Origin: the human T2T-CHM13v2.0 reference genome, Homo sapiens | Reading direction: 5' to 3' (one strand) | Assembly: GCF_009914755.1 (NCBI RefSeq) | Contig: NC_060926.1 | Length of the DNA: 64,000 nucleotides | Shown here: positions 16,258 to 30,289 of the stretch, one piece after another | Position numbering within the stretch: the first letter of the stretch is position 1 | Layout: each line of letters starts with the position of its first letter | Made by a program: the position numbers and the translations under genes | The notes under the pieces: generated by a model | The model's database searches: none | What the model was told of the DNA's origin: nothing | What the model saw: the letters and a program-made list of their open reading frames with translations, nothing else

Positions 16258-16468
16258 GACTCCCACCCTGTGACACTGAGTCCCGAGCACAGCACCTTCC
16301 CAGTCTCCTGTGCCCCAGCGGACAGCACTGAGCAGGCCCCGGAGAGGAGGGGCTGCAGCCACACACTCTTCCCCACCTGCCCCCCAGCTCAGAGACTCGT
16401 GACCAAATGGCCTTGGTCCCGCAGCTTGTGTGCGTGAGTGCAGTGTGAGTGTGTGTGTCTCTCACTGA

Positions 16469-16474
16469 AATAAA
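16469..16474 (+). terminator. VAX2: VAX2 polyadenylation signal
   Basis: AATAAA about 210 nt after the stop codon. Confidence 0.8.
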
Positions 16475-16919
16475 AGGAAAACAATGACAAGAAGGGAAAT
16501 GGTGCCCACAGCACAACTACTTACCCCTCAATCCCTTCTATCCCTCTTGTCACTGGAAGGGAAAATGGGCTTAGAGTCAGAGGGACCTCAGATGGGAGAG
16601 GGCAGAAACTGGGATTCTGGGGGTCAGGGGACTCACATGTGTCGGTCAGCAGGCACCTGATTCCCACTCAATAGAAGCCCATGGCACCAACACGAATTCT
16701 TTGGTTAAATGTTGCCCTTTACAAGCTCTCTTTCAAACATAAAAATACTTGAGAGAGGGAAACATTGTCACCTTGAAGAGGGTGAATGGTGAAAGGGGAG
16801 ACCAGGTTGAGAGAGAGGGAGAGAGAGCATCAAAGCTAAACACAAGCAAGAGTCCAGATGTTTAGAGACGGCCTACCCATCACAAACTGCAACATGAAAC
16901 CCTTTAAAATATCTATACA

Positions 16920-17185
<266 letters not shown>

Positions 17186-17249
17186 TTCATATTGCTCAAA
17201 CAATATAAATTTTTTTAAAGTTAAATAAGAGTCTTGCTCAAGACTCTTT

Positions 17250-17530
17250 TATTTAACTTTTTATTTTGCAGTAATTATAGATTTACAGGAAGCTGCAGAG
17301 ATAGGACAGAGAAGTTCCTTCCATTGGCAGGAACTCAATAGTATGAGACAGATAGGCTTCATCTTCCCTAACTATAGTACAATATCAAAACTAGGAAATT
17401 GGCATTGGTACCGTGTGTGTGCATAGTGCCATGTCATTTTATAGATTCATGGACTCACTGCTGCAATCCAGATGCAGACCTGTTCCATCACCACAGAGAT
17501 CTTCCTCATGCTGCTCCTTGATGGTCACAC
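17250..17530 (-). mobile_element. Old L1M 3' end fragment
   Basis: TAATTATAGATTTACAGGAAG...AACTATAGTACAATATCAAAA...GGAAATTG. Confidence 0.65.
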
Positions 17531-18608
17531 CCACCCCCGCCCTCCACAGGAGAGTTCTTTGAAAGGATGAGCATTAGGAACCAGAGACCTGAAATGGGTC
17601 CTCAGGAGGGAGGATGCGGGGTAAGATTTTGACTCTGTGAAGAGAAATAACAAGCACAGTCTCCTCCAGTCTGCTCTGAGAAACATAGTAGCTGCTGCTT
17701 TGGTTTCAAATTGGCTGTCCTGAGTCACCTGGAGTGGGTGCTTGGGGACAGTGATCCCTAGGCAAATGTACTTCTGCCGTTCCCTCTGCTCAGTGGTATG
17801 GTTTGGGGAGGAGCTTAGAAATGCAGAAATCCTGAGCCTAGAATGAGGCATGGGGGTGACTAGAAGACCTTGGGTTGGGCAGGTCCAGCTACCACCCAGG
17901 GTCCACCCTGCCTTGCCCAGAGGAACTGTACCACACTCCACTCACCAGGAGAAACCACAACTCTTAGTTTCATGACATGAAGAGAGAGTTCTTGGGAAGC
18001 AGTGGTGAGGTCTTGGGTGGAACCCAGGCCAGGCTGTGCACATAGTTTGATTTATAACTCCAGGTATTTAGTTATACAATACAGGGACCTCCATTTTACT
18101 TTCTGACCTGGGCTGGAAAGGTCAGGGCAGGCCTGCTGTATAGAAATCTGGAGGTGAATGTGAGAAGATGAGACACGGTTCTATGATCAGATGGAGAGAG
18201 ACCAGCCCTCATTCTCAAGAACTCTCAATAGTATGAGACAGACAGGCTTCAGGAGACCCAGGTCTGTGGGTTGAGACACAGGCTCAGCTTTTGGGGGCTC
18301 ACAGCCCAGTGGCAGGGACAAGAGAGGCCTCTCCTAAAGGGCATGACTTAGGAAAGAGGCTAGATGTGTAGTAAATCTTGGCTGCTAGAGAATCCAGAGA
18401 AGGCTTCATTTAGGAGATGGCACTGAGGCTGACCAGGAAATAATTCTCTACAGATGTTCAAAAAGATGACGATGGAATTGTCAGGGGGCAGAAGTATCCA
18501 GGTATAGTCAGGGCAAGGAGTGCAGGGTAAGGTCAGGTTGCGAGAACAGTGAAGAAAGGGCAGCCTGCCAGAAGTTGGGTGTGGAGAGACCAGAAAGAGC
18601 TGTGGTGA

Positions 18609-19127
<519 letters not shown>

Positions 19128-20080
19128 TAGCCCCTCCACCGTGATGGGTGAGGTCAGGGTGGGGAGCTGGGGTGGGCTGCCAGGTTCCCGGGCCCCGCTT
19201 CTTGCCTCAGAAAAGGAGGAGGACCCAAGACCTGGGGAGACCTGGAGGGCTCTCTGTCCAGCAGAGTGACGCAGTGGGGCCACCTGGACCAGAGGCCACC
19301 TCTGCAGGTGAAGGGTTGCAGGTCCCCAGCCCAGCCCACCCCAGAAGAGAGGGCTGGGGAGTAGCTGTCATCAGCCCAATCCTGCTGTAACACCCGAAGT
19401 CCAGAGATAGCTTCCAGTTGCCCCTGAGAGTGGGGTGTGCTGTGCACCTGCTCTTGTGTAAACGTGCCTGTGTGAGGAGTGTGCACCCAAGCACTCAGAG
19501 TCAGGCGGGGTGTGATTAAGTGTACTTGGAGTGGTGTGTGTGGCAGTGCAGAGTGTCAGCGCTCTCAGCCTGAGGAAATAGGTGCCCCGTGTGCGTCACA
19601 TCAATGGGTGCATGTCGTATGTGTGTTCTGAGGAGGGTGCCTGTGTGCATAAGCAGGTAGGAGCATGTGTCTAGGGGGTGCTCCCACCTTCACTTGGGGT
19701 AAGGAAATGTGTGACTGCATGCTTATGCACTCAGGGCAAAGGTGTGTGTGTGTGCACTTAGGTGTGATGTACGTGTGTGCATGTGCACTCATGGAGAGAA
19801 CACTTGTGTATGTGTTCTGGCAGTGTCACATATCTGAGTATGGTGAGTGTGTGTACAGCTGGGATAAGAATGCGTATCCAGGTGTGGGGCATGGAAGTGT
19901 CTACAGGTGCTGGGATGTACCCTTGTCAATTTCAGAGGGGAGGCCCTACTTGTGGCTCCTGTGCCTGTCCTGCAAGGGTGGCCCAGATGTCTGGGGCAAG
20001 GTCCAGAGGACCAAAGGGAACCCCTGCATCTCCTTGTCCAAGGTCACTCTCCCTGGCCTGGTGAATTCTCAGGCCGCCCT

Positions 20081-20184
20081 GCTCACTGGAGTAAACCAGC
20101 ATGGCCCGCCACAGCTATGCAAAGCCAGAGGCTCACTGGAGTAAACCAGCATGGCCCGCCACAGCTATGCAGAGCCAGAGGCTC
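20081..20184. repeat. 50-bp tandem duplication
   Basis: GCTCACTGGAGTAAACCAGCATGGCCCGCCACAGCTATGCA(A/G)AGCCAGAG x2, one mismatch. Confidence 0.95.
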
Positions 20185-23100
20185 CTAACAGGGAGTGTGG
20201 TGTGAGGGGAAGTGAGCCTGATGCAGCCACCCCACCTCCCTCTGTTCCTCTGTTGCTATCCAGGCCAGGAGAGGAGGTGGAGTGAACTCAGAGGGTAGCT
20301 GAGGGGTGAAATCAGAGTAAAGGGGCCCGGGGGCGCATGGGAGGAGAGCCCTGGGGTGTGGGGCACCTCCTGAGGCCTGAGGCAGGTGCTGAGGGTGGAG
20401 CACATTCCAGCTAAGAAGAAATGGTGAGAATGGGGTGGGTCAGATTTCTCAAGCAAGGCCTGTAGGCCCTGCCCCATGGAGCTCGGGGGAGGATAGGAGG
20501 TCCGGATACTCCCTAGGCCAAAGCTAGGGTCACCAAGGCCCAGAAATATGCAGTGACTGGGCCCCCTTGGGTCCAGAGCCCAGGCCTGGAGCCCTGAGCT
20601 GGCATGTGTGACTCTTGCCAGTCTGTTGTGATGAGCCCCACTCCCTGCAGGCCGTCCCTCCTCCCTGCAGGCACCCGGGAGTTGCTGGGTGCTGAGTGTG
20701 GTGTGTGATCTGCACCTTCATGCTCTGCTTTCCTTCTTCCTGGAAAGTGCCCCCACCTCCTGATACCCAGGGACCCTATAGGTACCATCTAACCCCACAC
20801 TCCTCTGGGCAGGTTGGCCCAAGCCTGGAGCCACCTCCAGCCAGCTCTTTCCCACCCAGCCCCTTATGTATAGTCAACATGCCCTGGAGGTTCTGACCCA
20901 GGCTGGAACCCAGGGATGGCTGTGCCCGCCCCCCATGTTTGCATGCTTCCCTCGATGCTGGCTCTATATGGCCTCCACCCAGGAGAATGTGTTCACACCA
21001 AACAACCCAACAGTGGACCCAGAGCAAAGGTCAGTGCAGGGGAGCCCCTCTAGGCTCTGCTCCCTGCCAGCGCCTTTACTTTTGCTGCCTATCAAGTATC
21101 CTCACAGGATGCACCGGGCCAGCCTCAGCCCAGCCCAGATGCCCTCCCACCCCCAGGGGAAGGCTGGGATTCCTTGGTGTGTCCCTTCATCCACAGTGTC
21201 TCCCAATCCCCTCCCCGCCTCACTCACTTCCTCCTCAGGCTCTGGGAGTGGGAGGGATGAGGGGGGTGGTTCTCCCTGGGGCCTGTGGACAGGCGCAGGG
21301 CTGGCAAGGGTTTGGAAATTTAGGGCTGCACCCTCAGTACGCCAGAGGCAGGGCCACTCTGTCCCTCTCCACCTGTCTCCTCCCCAGCCTGGCCTCCTAC
21401 CCTGGGTCTGTAAGCACTCCCAGACAGGAGAACTCTGGGAGAAAAGCTGGGGGTGCCTAAGGGCAGGGAGGCCCCAGTGCTCGCTGGGCCACGGTGGAGG
21501 TGAGTCCAGGTGACTTAGGCATTCCCCTCCCCCGGGGGAGGTGGGCTAAAGAGGCCTGAGACTTTAAGGCTGATTTCACTGCAGTGGCTGAGAGAGGATT
21601 GGCTAGAAAGGAGGAGACACTAGAAAGAGTGGAGGCAGCCTGGGGAGCTGACCCTGCCAACATCTACCTTGGGAAAGAAGGGTCCCCTGTGCCTCCCGTG
21701 GAGCTAGAATGGTTCCCCAAGGGCCTTGGCTCCCGGCTGGGGAGGAGGTATCCTGGAGCTTCATCTGTTTGGGCAGAAGATGTTGGGCTTGGAGGGTGGA
21801 GGTGCCCAGCAGGAGCAAAGGTCAGGAAGGACAAGCTGGCAGCCTGGTTGGAGGGATGAAGCCAGGTCAGATCCCTGAAGATCCCCCAGGAGCTTGAGTG
21901 CCAAACCACTGTCTTTGCCTCCCCACCTCGGTTTCCTCAACTGGAAGGGGAAGGAGTTACACGGAGAGAGTCCCAACAAGCAGGGTCTTGGGCTGAAGAG
22001 CCCTCAGCTTCCAGCCCCTGCCCTCCCTCCTCTAATCCCTCCAGCGGGATCAGGGAGGAGGTGCGGGACCTGCTGCCCCGGGCTTGCCCCCATCCCGGCC
22101 TCACGCATGGGCGCCTGTCTCAGCCCTCTCCCAGGACGCTGCAGGTGTGGCTGGGCCAGCGCTAATTAGTGGGCCGCGCGGGGGCCCCGCTGAGCCTTTG
22201 ACAGAAAAGGCGGTAGGGAGGTGGGGGCAGGGAGGCGCTCCACCAGCCAGAAGTCCGGAGCGCAACCCAAAGTGTCAGCTAAGACAATGGAGAGGGGGTG
22301 GGCCGGGCAGCTGGAGGGAGTGTCTGCAAAGTCTCTGGAAGGCCCATGGAAGGAGCGCCCTTTGGGTCTTCTGATCCAGCCCTCTGCCTGTGGCAATGCA
22401 CCCGCTTCCCTCTCCAGGGTCAAGGCGAACATCCCAGGGTTGCAGAGTGGGCCATAATCGCTGAGCGCTGCAGGATACCGTCTTGAACTGTGGTGCGTCC
22501 TGCCAGAAACTAGCCCACTTTCTGGGCCTCGTTTTGCCACTCCATGCAAGGGACACACGGAGGTAGGGGCGGCAGTGTACAAACAAAAGGACCGGCTTGC
22601 AGTCAAGGACACCTCTGTTGCTCAGCCCCCATTTTGGCTGTGTCCAAACCAAACAGCCTAGAAGAAAAGATCAGGCTGGCTTAACAGGGGAGAGGCAGAG
22701 CTCTAAGACATCTGACGGGAGAGACATCCCTCTAGGGTCCCAGTCTGTAGTACCGTGGGACAGCAGTGGGGAGAGGACCCAGTGGGCTGCAGTAGTCAGT
22801 CAAGGGCAAGGCCTTGAAGGATGGGCATAGTCCAATGCTGAACAGAAACAGCCGCCTAAGTGGATTATCTGCAATGATGGGTCCAGGCCATGAAGCGATG
22901 TGTTCACCCAGAGCCAGGCCTGGAGGCTGCGAGAAGCCCAGGAAGGCAACTCACAGCTGAGGCTGATGTGCTAAGATGTTGAGCTTCGATATCTCACCCC
23001 GGTCACCCGAGCGGCCTGGCCGGGGAAGGCATCTGACTCCCAGAGGACCTGCAGCAAGCACTTTGCAGCTGCCTCTAGGCCCCTTCCAGCCCAGCCCTTC

Positions 23101-23874
23101 CTCCTGAGGGAAGGGCTGTGTGGATCCCCTAATCCTCTGTCCCCCACTCTGCTGCTGCCCCCACTCCCAGGTGGAGTTGCTGGATGTCAGGGCTAATGGG
23201 GATTCTACATGACAGGGGCTGTGAAGTGGGGGAGCAGCTGTGAAGGAAGGGAGGAAGTTGAAAGACTTGTCTCCTGAGGCAGTGGAATTAGAAATGATTC
23301 CCTGGACTTTTCTGGTCCTTGGGCCCCATCCCCTCCCACACCCCCACCTCCCTATCCAGCCCACCCACCCTGCATCTTTACATCACTGCTTTCTTCCCCC
23401 AGCGCAGCCCTTTGGCAGGTGTGGCATGCAAGATGCCAGCTCTCCCGGGGGCTTATAAAAATGAGGGTCTCTCCTGCCTGCCCTGCATCCCTTTGCTTGC
23501 ACAATCCACTAGCAATCCAGACAATCTGATCCAAACACCATGTGGGTGTGGGAGTGCTGTGGCTGTTTGGAGTTTTTTTTAATTGATGGGAAGGGTAATG
23601 CCCAAGCCTCTGTCTCCTACCCTTTCTCGTTGAGGAGTCTTCCTATGCCCAACAGCCCCTTAGCCCAGTACATCCTCTTTCTCTTCTACTCTCTGCCTTC
23701 TCAGGAAGTATGGCTGGTGCTAGGGGTGCAACCCTTTAGGCTGGTCAATGGGACTCTCATTTGGTTTGGAGGCTTGGGAAGGTCGGGAGGGGGCACACAA
23801 TGGTTCTGATGTGGGAAGTATGAGAAGGAGCAGATGGGGTCAGTTAACACCTTTCATAATCCATCCACAAAGAT

Positions 23875-24227
<353 letters not shown>

Positions 24228-26657
24228 TGAGTGTGTACCATATTCCCAGCACTATTCCATGAAGTGGGACACAACGATGAGCACCACAGATGATGTCTTG
24301 CCCTCCTGGAGGTGACAGGTCTTACTGCACCTGAAGCGAGCCTGTGCATGCCAGCCCACTGCCCCTCTTTCTGTTCCACGAAGGCCCTGGATGAGTCCTT
24401 TCTCTCCTCTGCCAGAAGTGCCCTTTCCCCAGCTCCCTGGGGGCTGGCACCCCTTGACCCTGAAGGCTCAGCTCAAACGGCCCTTCCCATAAGATGCTTC
24501 CTCCAAGCGCACCCAGTCTGGTCTTCCCTCCCACTCTCGTTCACCCATCCTGATCTTTCCCTTAGGAGCACCCACTGCAGTTTGTAATTATGTTATTTGC
24601 TCTGTATCCTTCTTTTAGCCTGTAGGCACTTCACATTTTCATTTGTCACTTTCATTTGCCTAGCTTAGTACATAGAAGGCATCCATGCAGTAGATATGCT
24701 TGAAGAAAGGAAGCAGGGAGGGAAGGAAGAAGGCAGATCTCAGAGGAAAGGAGAGGAAGAAGTGGAGAGCCAGGCCAAACCTCGAAGTCCTCCAGCACCC
24801 AAAGGTCTGAGAGCGAGGAGTGTGAGTCTTCAGAGGAGGCTGACAGGCGGCCCCAGAGGGAAGCTTCCAAAGGACAGTGCACCCAGGCTCTGAGTGTAGC
24901 CATCGGAGGCCACTGAAGCCAGAGTGGAGAAGGCCAAGGAGAGGGTGGAAGGTGGGGAAGGAAAGCCAGCAGTGGGGGGCCATGCTTGTGAGGGGAGGAA
25001 CTGGAGAAGGACTGGGACTGAGCGAGGTTTATTTTGTACTGGAAACATCAGAGCTTCATGGGAAGACAAGAGAGGGAGAGAGAGACAGAGAGAGAGGCAA
25101 GGAGGCTCTGGTCCTTCACCCCATGGAGTCATCTCTAGGGCCTGTTTCCCGGTGCAGGGGAAGGACCCACTATGAAGGAAGCAGGGACACCTCCTTAGTG
25201 GGAATAGGAAGGAAGAAGAGGGTGGCTCAGGTGCAGGCCAGGCAGGTCTGTAAGGTAGGTTTGAAGGCAGGGAGCTGAGGGAGATCCCCTGCTCTGGCAA
25301 AGTGCAAGTTGAACTTATCTTCTCTGGCTGTCCTCAAGGCCCGGAGTTTTCCAAATGGTTGTTACACTTGGAGGATCCTTATAAAAATCTGTGCAAGAAT
25401 CACCGTGCCCAGTTGATCTTCCTAGTCCAAGTCCTGGTGAAAAGAGCTTAGATCAAACAAAAAGAAGAAGCTTGACCACACATATCCAGACTGGGAAGGG
25501 GAGGGACTTTTGGTTTTTCTTTGGCATGGGGTGGCTCGGGGCCAGGCTTGCCCAAAGCAAGAGGGTAAGTGAACCGAGAACCAGTGTGGTCCAGCAAGAA
25601 GCACAGGGTGGGTTCCCAGCCCCAGCTCTGCTACAGATGTGCTGTGTGGCCCTGGGCAAGGCTTCTCACACTTCTGGGCCCCATTTTCCTTGCCTGTGAA
25701 AGAGGGGTTGGGCCACTCCCCTCTGCATCCTGCCAGCCTGTGGCTGACCCAGAGGCCTCACAGACCCCCTGCCCACCTTGCCAAATGCCTTCATCTCAGG
25801 TGTCTCATCTCATTGGTGCATCACAAGAACCTCAGAGAAGGGCACTGGTCAGGACTATGGGCAAGGGACTGTCCCAGGTCTCTCAGCCAGCCTCTAGCAG
25901 AACCAAAACTAGGCTTGCCTCCCGCAAGTCCACAGCTTCTTCTATGGGAGTTAGGAAGTATTTTTTGGCATCTAACCCAATTCCCTCTGCAAGCTGAGCT
26001 CATTTGCCATGTGTGGGTCTCTGCAGCTGCCACATCTGCAGGCATTTCCCTCCTTCCCTTGCCTTTTCACTCCCTCCCCTCCCATGCTGAGCACCCAGTG
26101 AGCCTGGGGAGTCCAGGAACCTTGTGATGAGAGCAGAGGCCCCGTCTGGTTTTTCTCACTGACGTCTGCACCCCCTACACACCACATACACACACACACA
26201 CACACACTGCTCAATCAGTGTGGGGTGAATGGAGGGAAATGCAGTCCTGGTGAGGGCAGAGGAGGGCACTTTTCGGCCACAGCCGGGGGCCAGGAGCTTT
26301 TGGAAAATGCTTGGAGTGAGAGAGGAGGGAGTGGGTGAGGTGGGGGTTGAAGCCAGAGGGGAAGCAGCCTCAGGGATGAGAGGCCTCTGTGTGGTGGGGG
26401 CGGACTCTGAGGAGGCCTCTGCCCTCTGCCTGGCCCTCCCCCAGCCTCCTGCAGGTGTCCGAGCAGCAGGGGCCCTGCGGGCAGGGGCATGACCCTTACA
26501 GCAATGGTGGCTGGCCCTGTCACAGCTAATGACCCTGACGGCCCAGGCTGGGAAGGAGGTGGGGTGTGGAGAGAGGAAGGGAAGGCAGAGGATGCCTCTG
26601 TGTGTGTGAGCAGGGTGTTTGGGGTGAGACCCCTACTCACCCCCGCCCCTCCCCCAG

Positions 26658-26713
26658 CCTACAGGACTGTGTGCAGCGTGAACGGGCCCCTGGTGGTGCT
26701 GGACCGGGTCAAG
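26658..26713 (+). CDS. ATP6V1B1: ATP6V1B1 exon 2
   Basis: ccccag|CCTAC...AAG|gtaaga; TYRTVCSVNGPLVVLDRVK; 56 nt. Confidence 0.97.
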
Positions 26714-27612
26714 GTAAGACTCTTCTGCTGCCTCCCTGGCACTAAGGCCAAATCCCAGGGCGCCTCTCCCCTGCCCTGCAGGATTTCTTCTAAATTACCC
26801 TTTCCCTCCATGGCCCCCAGGGCCTGCTCTGTTCTCTCCATCCAGGCACCCACTCCCACTCTCCTTCCCTAGCTGTATCCCCAGCCGTCCAAGCTTTCTC
26901 CTCCCTGCCTTTTCAGTAAAAACCATAAAAACCCCATGGAGGCCCAGCCCTGGGCCTTGGGAAACCTCCTACTATCCCTAACAAGCTGTCCTGCCTCCGT
27001 TTCCCTATCAGTGGCATGGACGTACCTAACCTCCTCAGAGGAAGGCTGGACCACAGCACGGCTGTACCTAACCTCCTCGAGGGCTAGACTCTCCCCACCC
27101 TCGACTCTCACAGGATCTTCTTTTAACGGGAAAGAGGAGGAGGTGGCAAGTCAATGCCAACTAAATTTTCTAGGGATCTTGATGGCCTCCAAAGGCCTTT
27201 GGAATATCTCAGTCTCAGCAACATGGGTGGTAAGTGAAGTGGGCCCCACCAAAGGTAAGTGGGCTGTGGGCTATTTTGTAGCCCCTGGGAAACTGGCAGA
27301 CACTGACAGTATCTTGAGTCCTGGGGTTGGGAATTCTTGAGCCATAAAGAGCCCTGCAAAGGTACAAGATCACTCTCTTATCCTCCCTCCACCAACCAGC
27401 CCCACTCCCTCAGCCTCCCACCCCACCTCCTAGCTGAGCAAACTGGAAGTCTCGGTGCCCCTTTGACCCCTCTTGTCCCAGACCCCACACCTGCCAGCGC
27501 CCATGTCTGTAGCTCCCTCCCACCCCACTGCTACCTTGTGATGGCGATGGCCTTGGGCTCCCAGCCTGGCACCCTCCTATCCTGTCTCCATCCTCCAGCC
27601 CTTCAGACCTGA

Positions 27613-27966
<354 letters not shown>

Positions 27967-28104
27967 TGCTTACAGGTCTTTTCTATGAGGGTGCCTGCAA
28001 GCCTTTCCACTCACTCTCATCACTCTCCCTTCCCTGTGTAGAAACCAACACCTGAAATAGTGTCTGCATGGGGCTGCCATTTGAGATCTCTGGGCACTTG
28101 CATG

Positions 28105-28462
28105 TCATTTTTTAAAAATGTGATCAGTAATGTATGTTTATTAACAAATTAAATTACGAGATGTCACCGCCAGTTTCACTGCTATAATTTTAAAGCAGTG
28201 ATGAGCACAAATACTATTTTGAGATACCTGCAACGACTGTAATGTGGTATGAAAATATCTGTGATTTCTGATGGTAACAAAGTCACAGGTACCGTGGAAA
28301 TGCTAATTCTACCGTGGTTTGTTCCTTACATTCAGAACTAGAGGAAACACTAAATTTGCGTAAACGTTAATGAATGTAAAAATGTAACTTTCCCATTCAA
28401 GATCACAGAAGCCCTGAGTTCTCTCTGTAGACTCTGAGATAGGTTCTAGGCAAAGAACCCTT
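28105..28462. mobile_element. hAT-Charlie (Charlie4a-like) DNA transposon fragment
   Basis: GCAGTGATGAGC...CTGCAACGACTGTAATGTGGTATGAAAATATCTGTGATTTC...ACAAAGTCACAGGTAC. Confidence 0.65.
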
Positions 28463-28534
28463 CTCACAATTAGTTGGACAAGAGGATAGAGTATGTAGAA
28501 AGGAATGACAAAGAATGGGGGATTGTGTCTGTGC

Positions 28535-28698
28535 ATTTTATAATAGACACACAATAATTGTACATATTCCTGAGGTACACAGTGATGTTTTGATACATAT
28601 AATGCATAGTGATCAGGTCAGGGCAATTAGCATATCCATCATCTCCAGCATCCTTTCTTTGTGTTGGGAATATTAGTATCCTCTTTCTGGCTATTTGA

Positions 28699-28748
<50 letters not shown>

Positions 28749-28820
28749 GTTAACTACAGTCATCCTATTGTGGTATAGAACACTAGAACTTATTGCTCCT
28801 GGCTAGCTGTAATTTTGTGC
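28535..28820 (-). mobile_element. L1MA-type 3' end fragment containing a (TA)n expansion
   Basis: TAATTGTACATATT...GTGATGTTTTGATACAT...GAACACTAGAACTTATT. Confidence 0.7.
28703..28745. repeat. (AT)21 microsatellite
   Basis: Uninterrupted AT run. Confidence 0.95.
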
Positions 28821-29405
28821 ACAGATTTTTCCCTCTGCCTCCTAGACTACACTTCCCCCTATTCCCTCCCTCTGACTCATCCCCAGGGTTGAGAGGTCAC
28901 CTTCTCCTGGATGCCTCTCCCTCTTCTCTACTTTTTGTGGTTTTATTAGTGGCATCCACTGAGGTATTTGGTCAAGATCTGGCCATGTATCTCCTCCCTA
29001 CCCTTCCCCACACACACCGTGCCCTGCTATTGGCCATGAACTGTGTTTTGTTCATCTTCAGCTCCAGAAGCCCAACACAGCATTTTTACTGAACACATAG
29101 GCTATAGTAGGTGCTCAGCATGTTTGCTCAAAGGAAAGGTGAGTACATTAATGAGATAAATGAATGAATAAATGTTAGCATGACTAGCTATGCACCTGTC
29201 AAAACCTGAGCCAACAATATTAAATAAATCAGACCCATTCTTTGCTAACAAACAGATTCTGAGTTCATACGGACATTACCACTTGACCCCCCAGTGTAAG
29301 GGACGCCCCAGGAGGAAGTGTGGCTGAGTAGTTAAGTGCAGCACACTGGGTTTGGATTTTAATCCCAGATCCATCCCACTCTTTTCTGCTAGCTACATGC
29401 CAACC

Positions 29406-29562
29406 CTAGATCAACAGCATTAGCACTGCCCAGGAACGTGTTAGAAATACAAATTCTTGGGCTCCACCTCAGACTGACAGAATCAGAAGCTCTGGGGGTA
29501 GGGCCCAGAAGTCTGTCCTCACAAGCCTTCCAGGTGAACTGATGCTCAAGTTAGAGAACCAT
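29406..29562 (+). mobile_element. MER5A (hAT-Charlie MITE)
   Basis: GTTAGAAATACAAATTCTTGGGCTCCACCTCAGAC...GAATCAGAAGCTCTGGGGG...CCAGGTGA...GAGAACCA. Confidence 0.7.
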
Positions 29563-30289
29563 CAATCTCGGATTGTAAATCCCAGTTTCCTCATCTATTA
29601 AATAATAATAGGATTATTGTGAGGTTCACATCAGACAAATGTAGTATTATTCTCCCTTGAGAATAGCCAGCAATGTTTCTGCCTGGAATGCAGAAATGCT
29701 AATAAGCCTGATTCAACAGTTGGTGCCACCTCCTGCCCCCTCTCCACCTCCACCACACTCTCCACCAGACCTGCCATTCTCCATGGGACCCAGTGTGGCA
29801 TGGAGTCGGAACCTATACAGGTGTCCATTTTCTCCACTGTAAAATGAGGCCGATCTAGGAAACCAGAACTAGGTCCCCAGACCTGTGGTTTTGCGACTAT
29901 CGGATGCATCTGTAGCTTTGGCAGAGAAAAATAATTGGGTGGTGGAGGCACCTCTCCCCATCCCTCTCCGTTGCCCCTACCCCTTTCCCTCTACCAGGAT
30001 TTGGCAAATGCTACAATTCTGTTTCTACAGCGCCACCTTCTGCCCACATTGAATCACACAGGCAATTACTCTTCCTGCTTCCGTCCTCAAATGTAAGAAC
30101 ATTTGAGGGAAGAATTTTGTGTAGATCAGAGGTTCTTAGCCCAAGGAATTAGGCCCTTGAAATTGTGTGCAGACCTTTGAAGGTATGCATGAATGTGCCT
30201 GTGCATTTTTCTGGTAGGAGTTTCTACAGTTTCGTCTGATTTTTCAGGGTTCGTGACCCAGAAAAGTCTAACTCTCTGATTTGTATAAG

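Noticed and set aside
20081-20184. Direct repeats (also 27022-27078 and 60459-60515) considered as CRISPR-like arrays
   Set aside because: Mammalian DNA; repeats are contiguous or only two copies, with no unique spacer series and no cas genes.
20866-21513. 215-aa + strand ORF and overlapping 173-aa ORF in ATP6V1B1 intron 1
   Set aside because: GC-rich intron, Pro/Ser/Gly-biased translation, non-ATG start, no recognisable domain.
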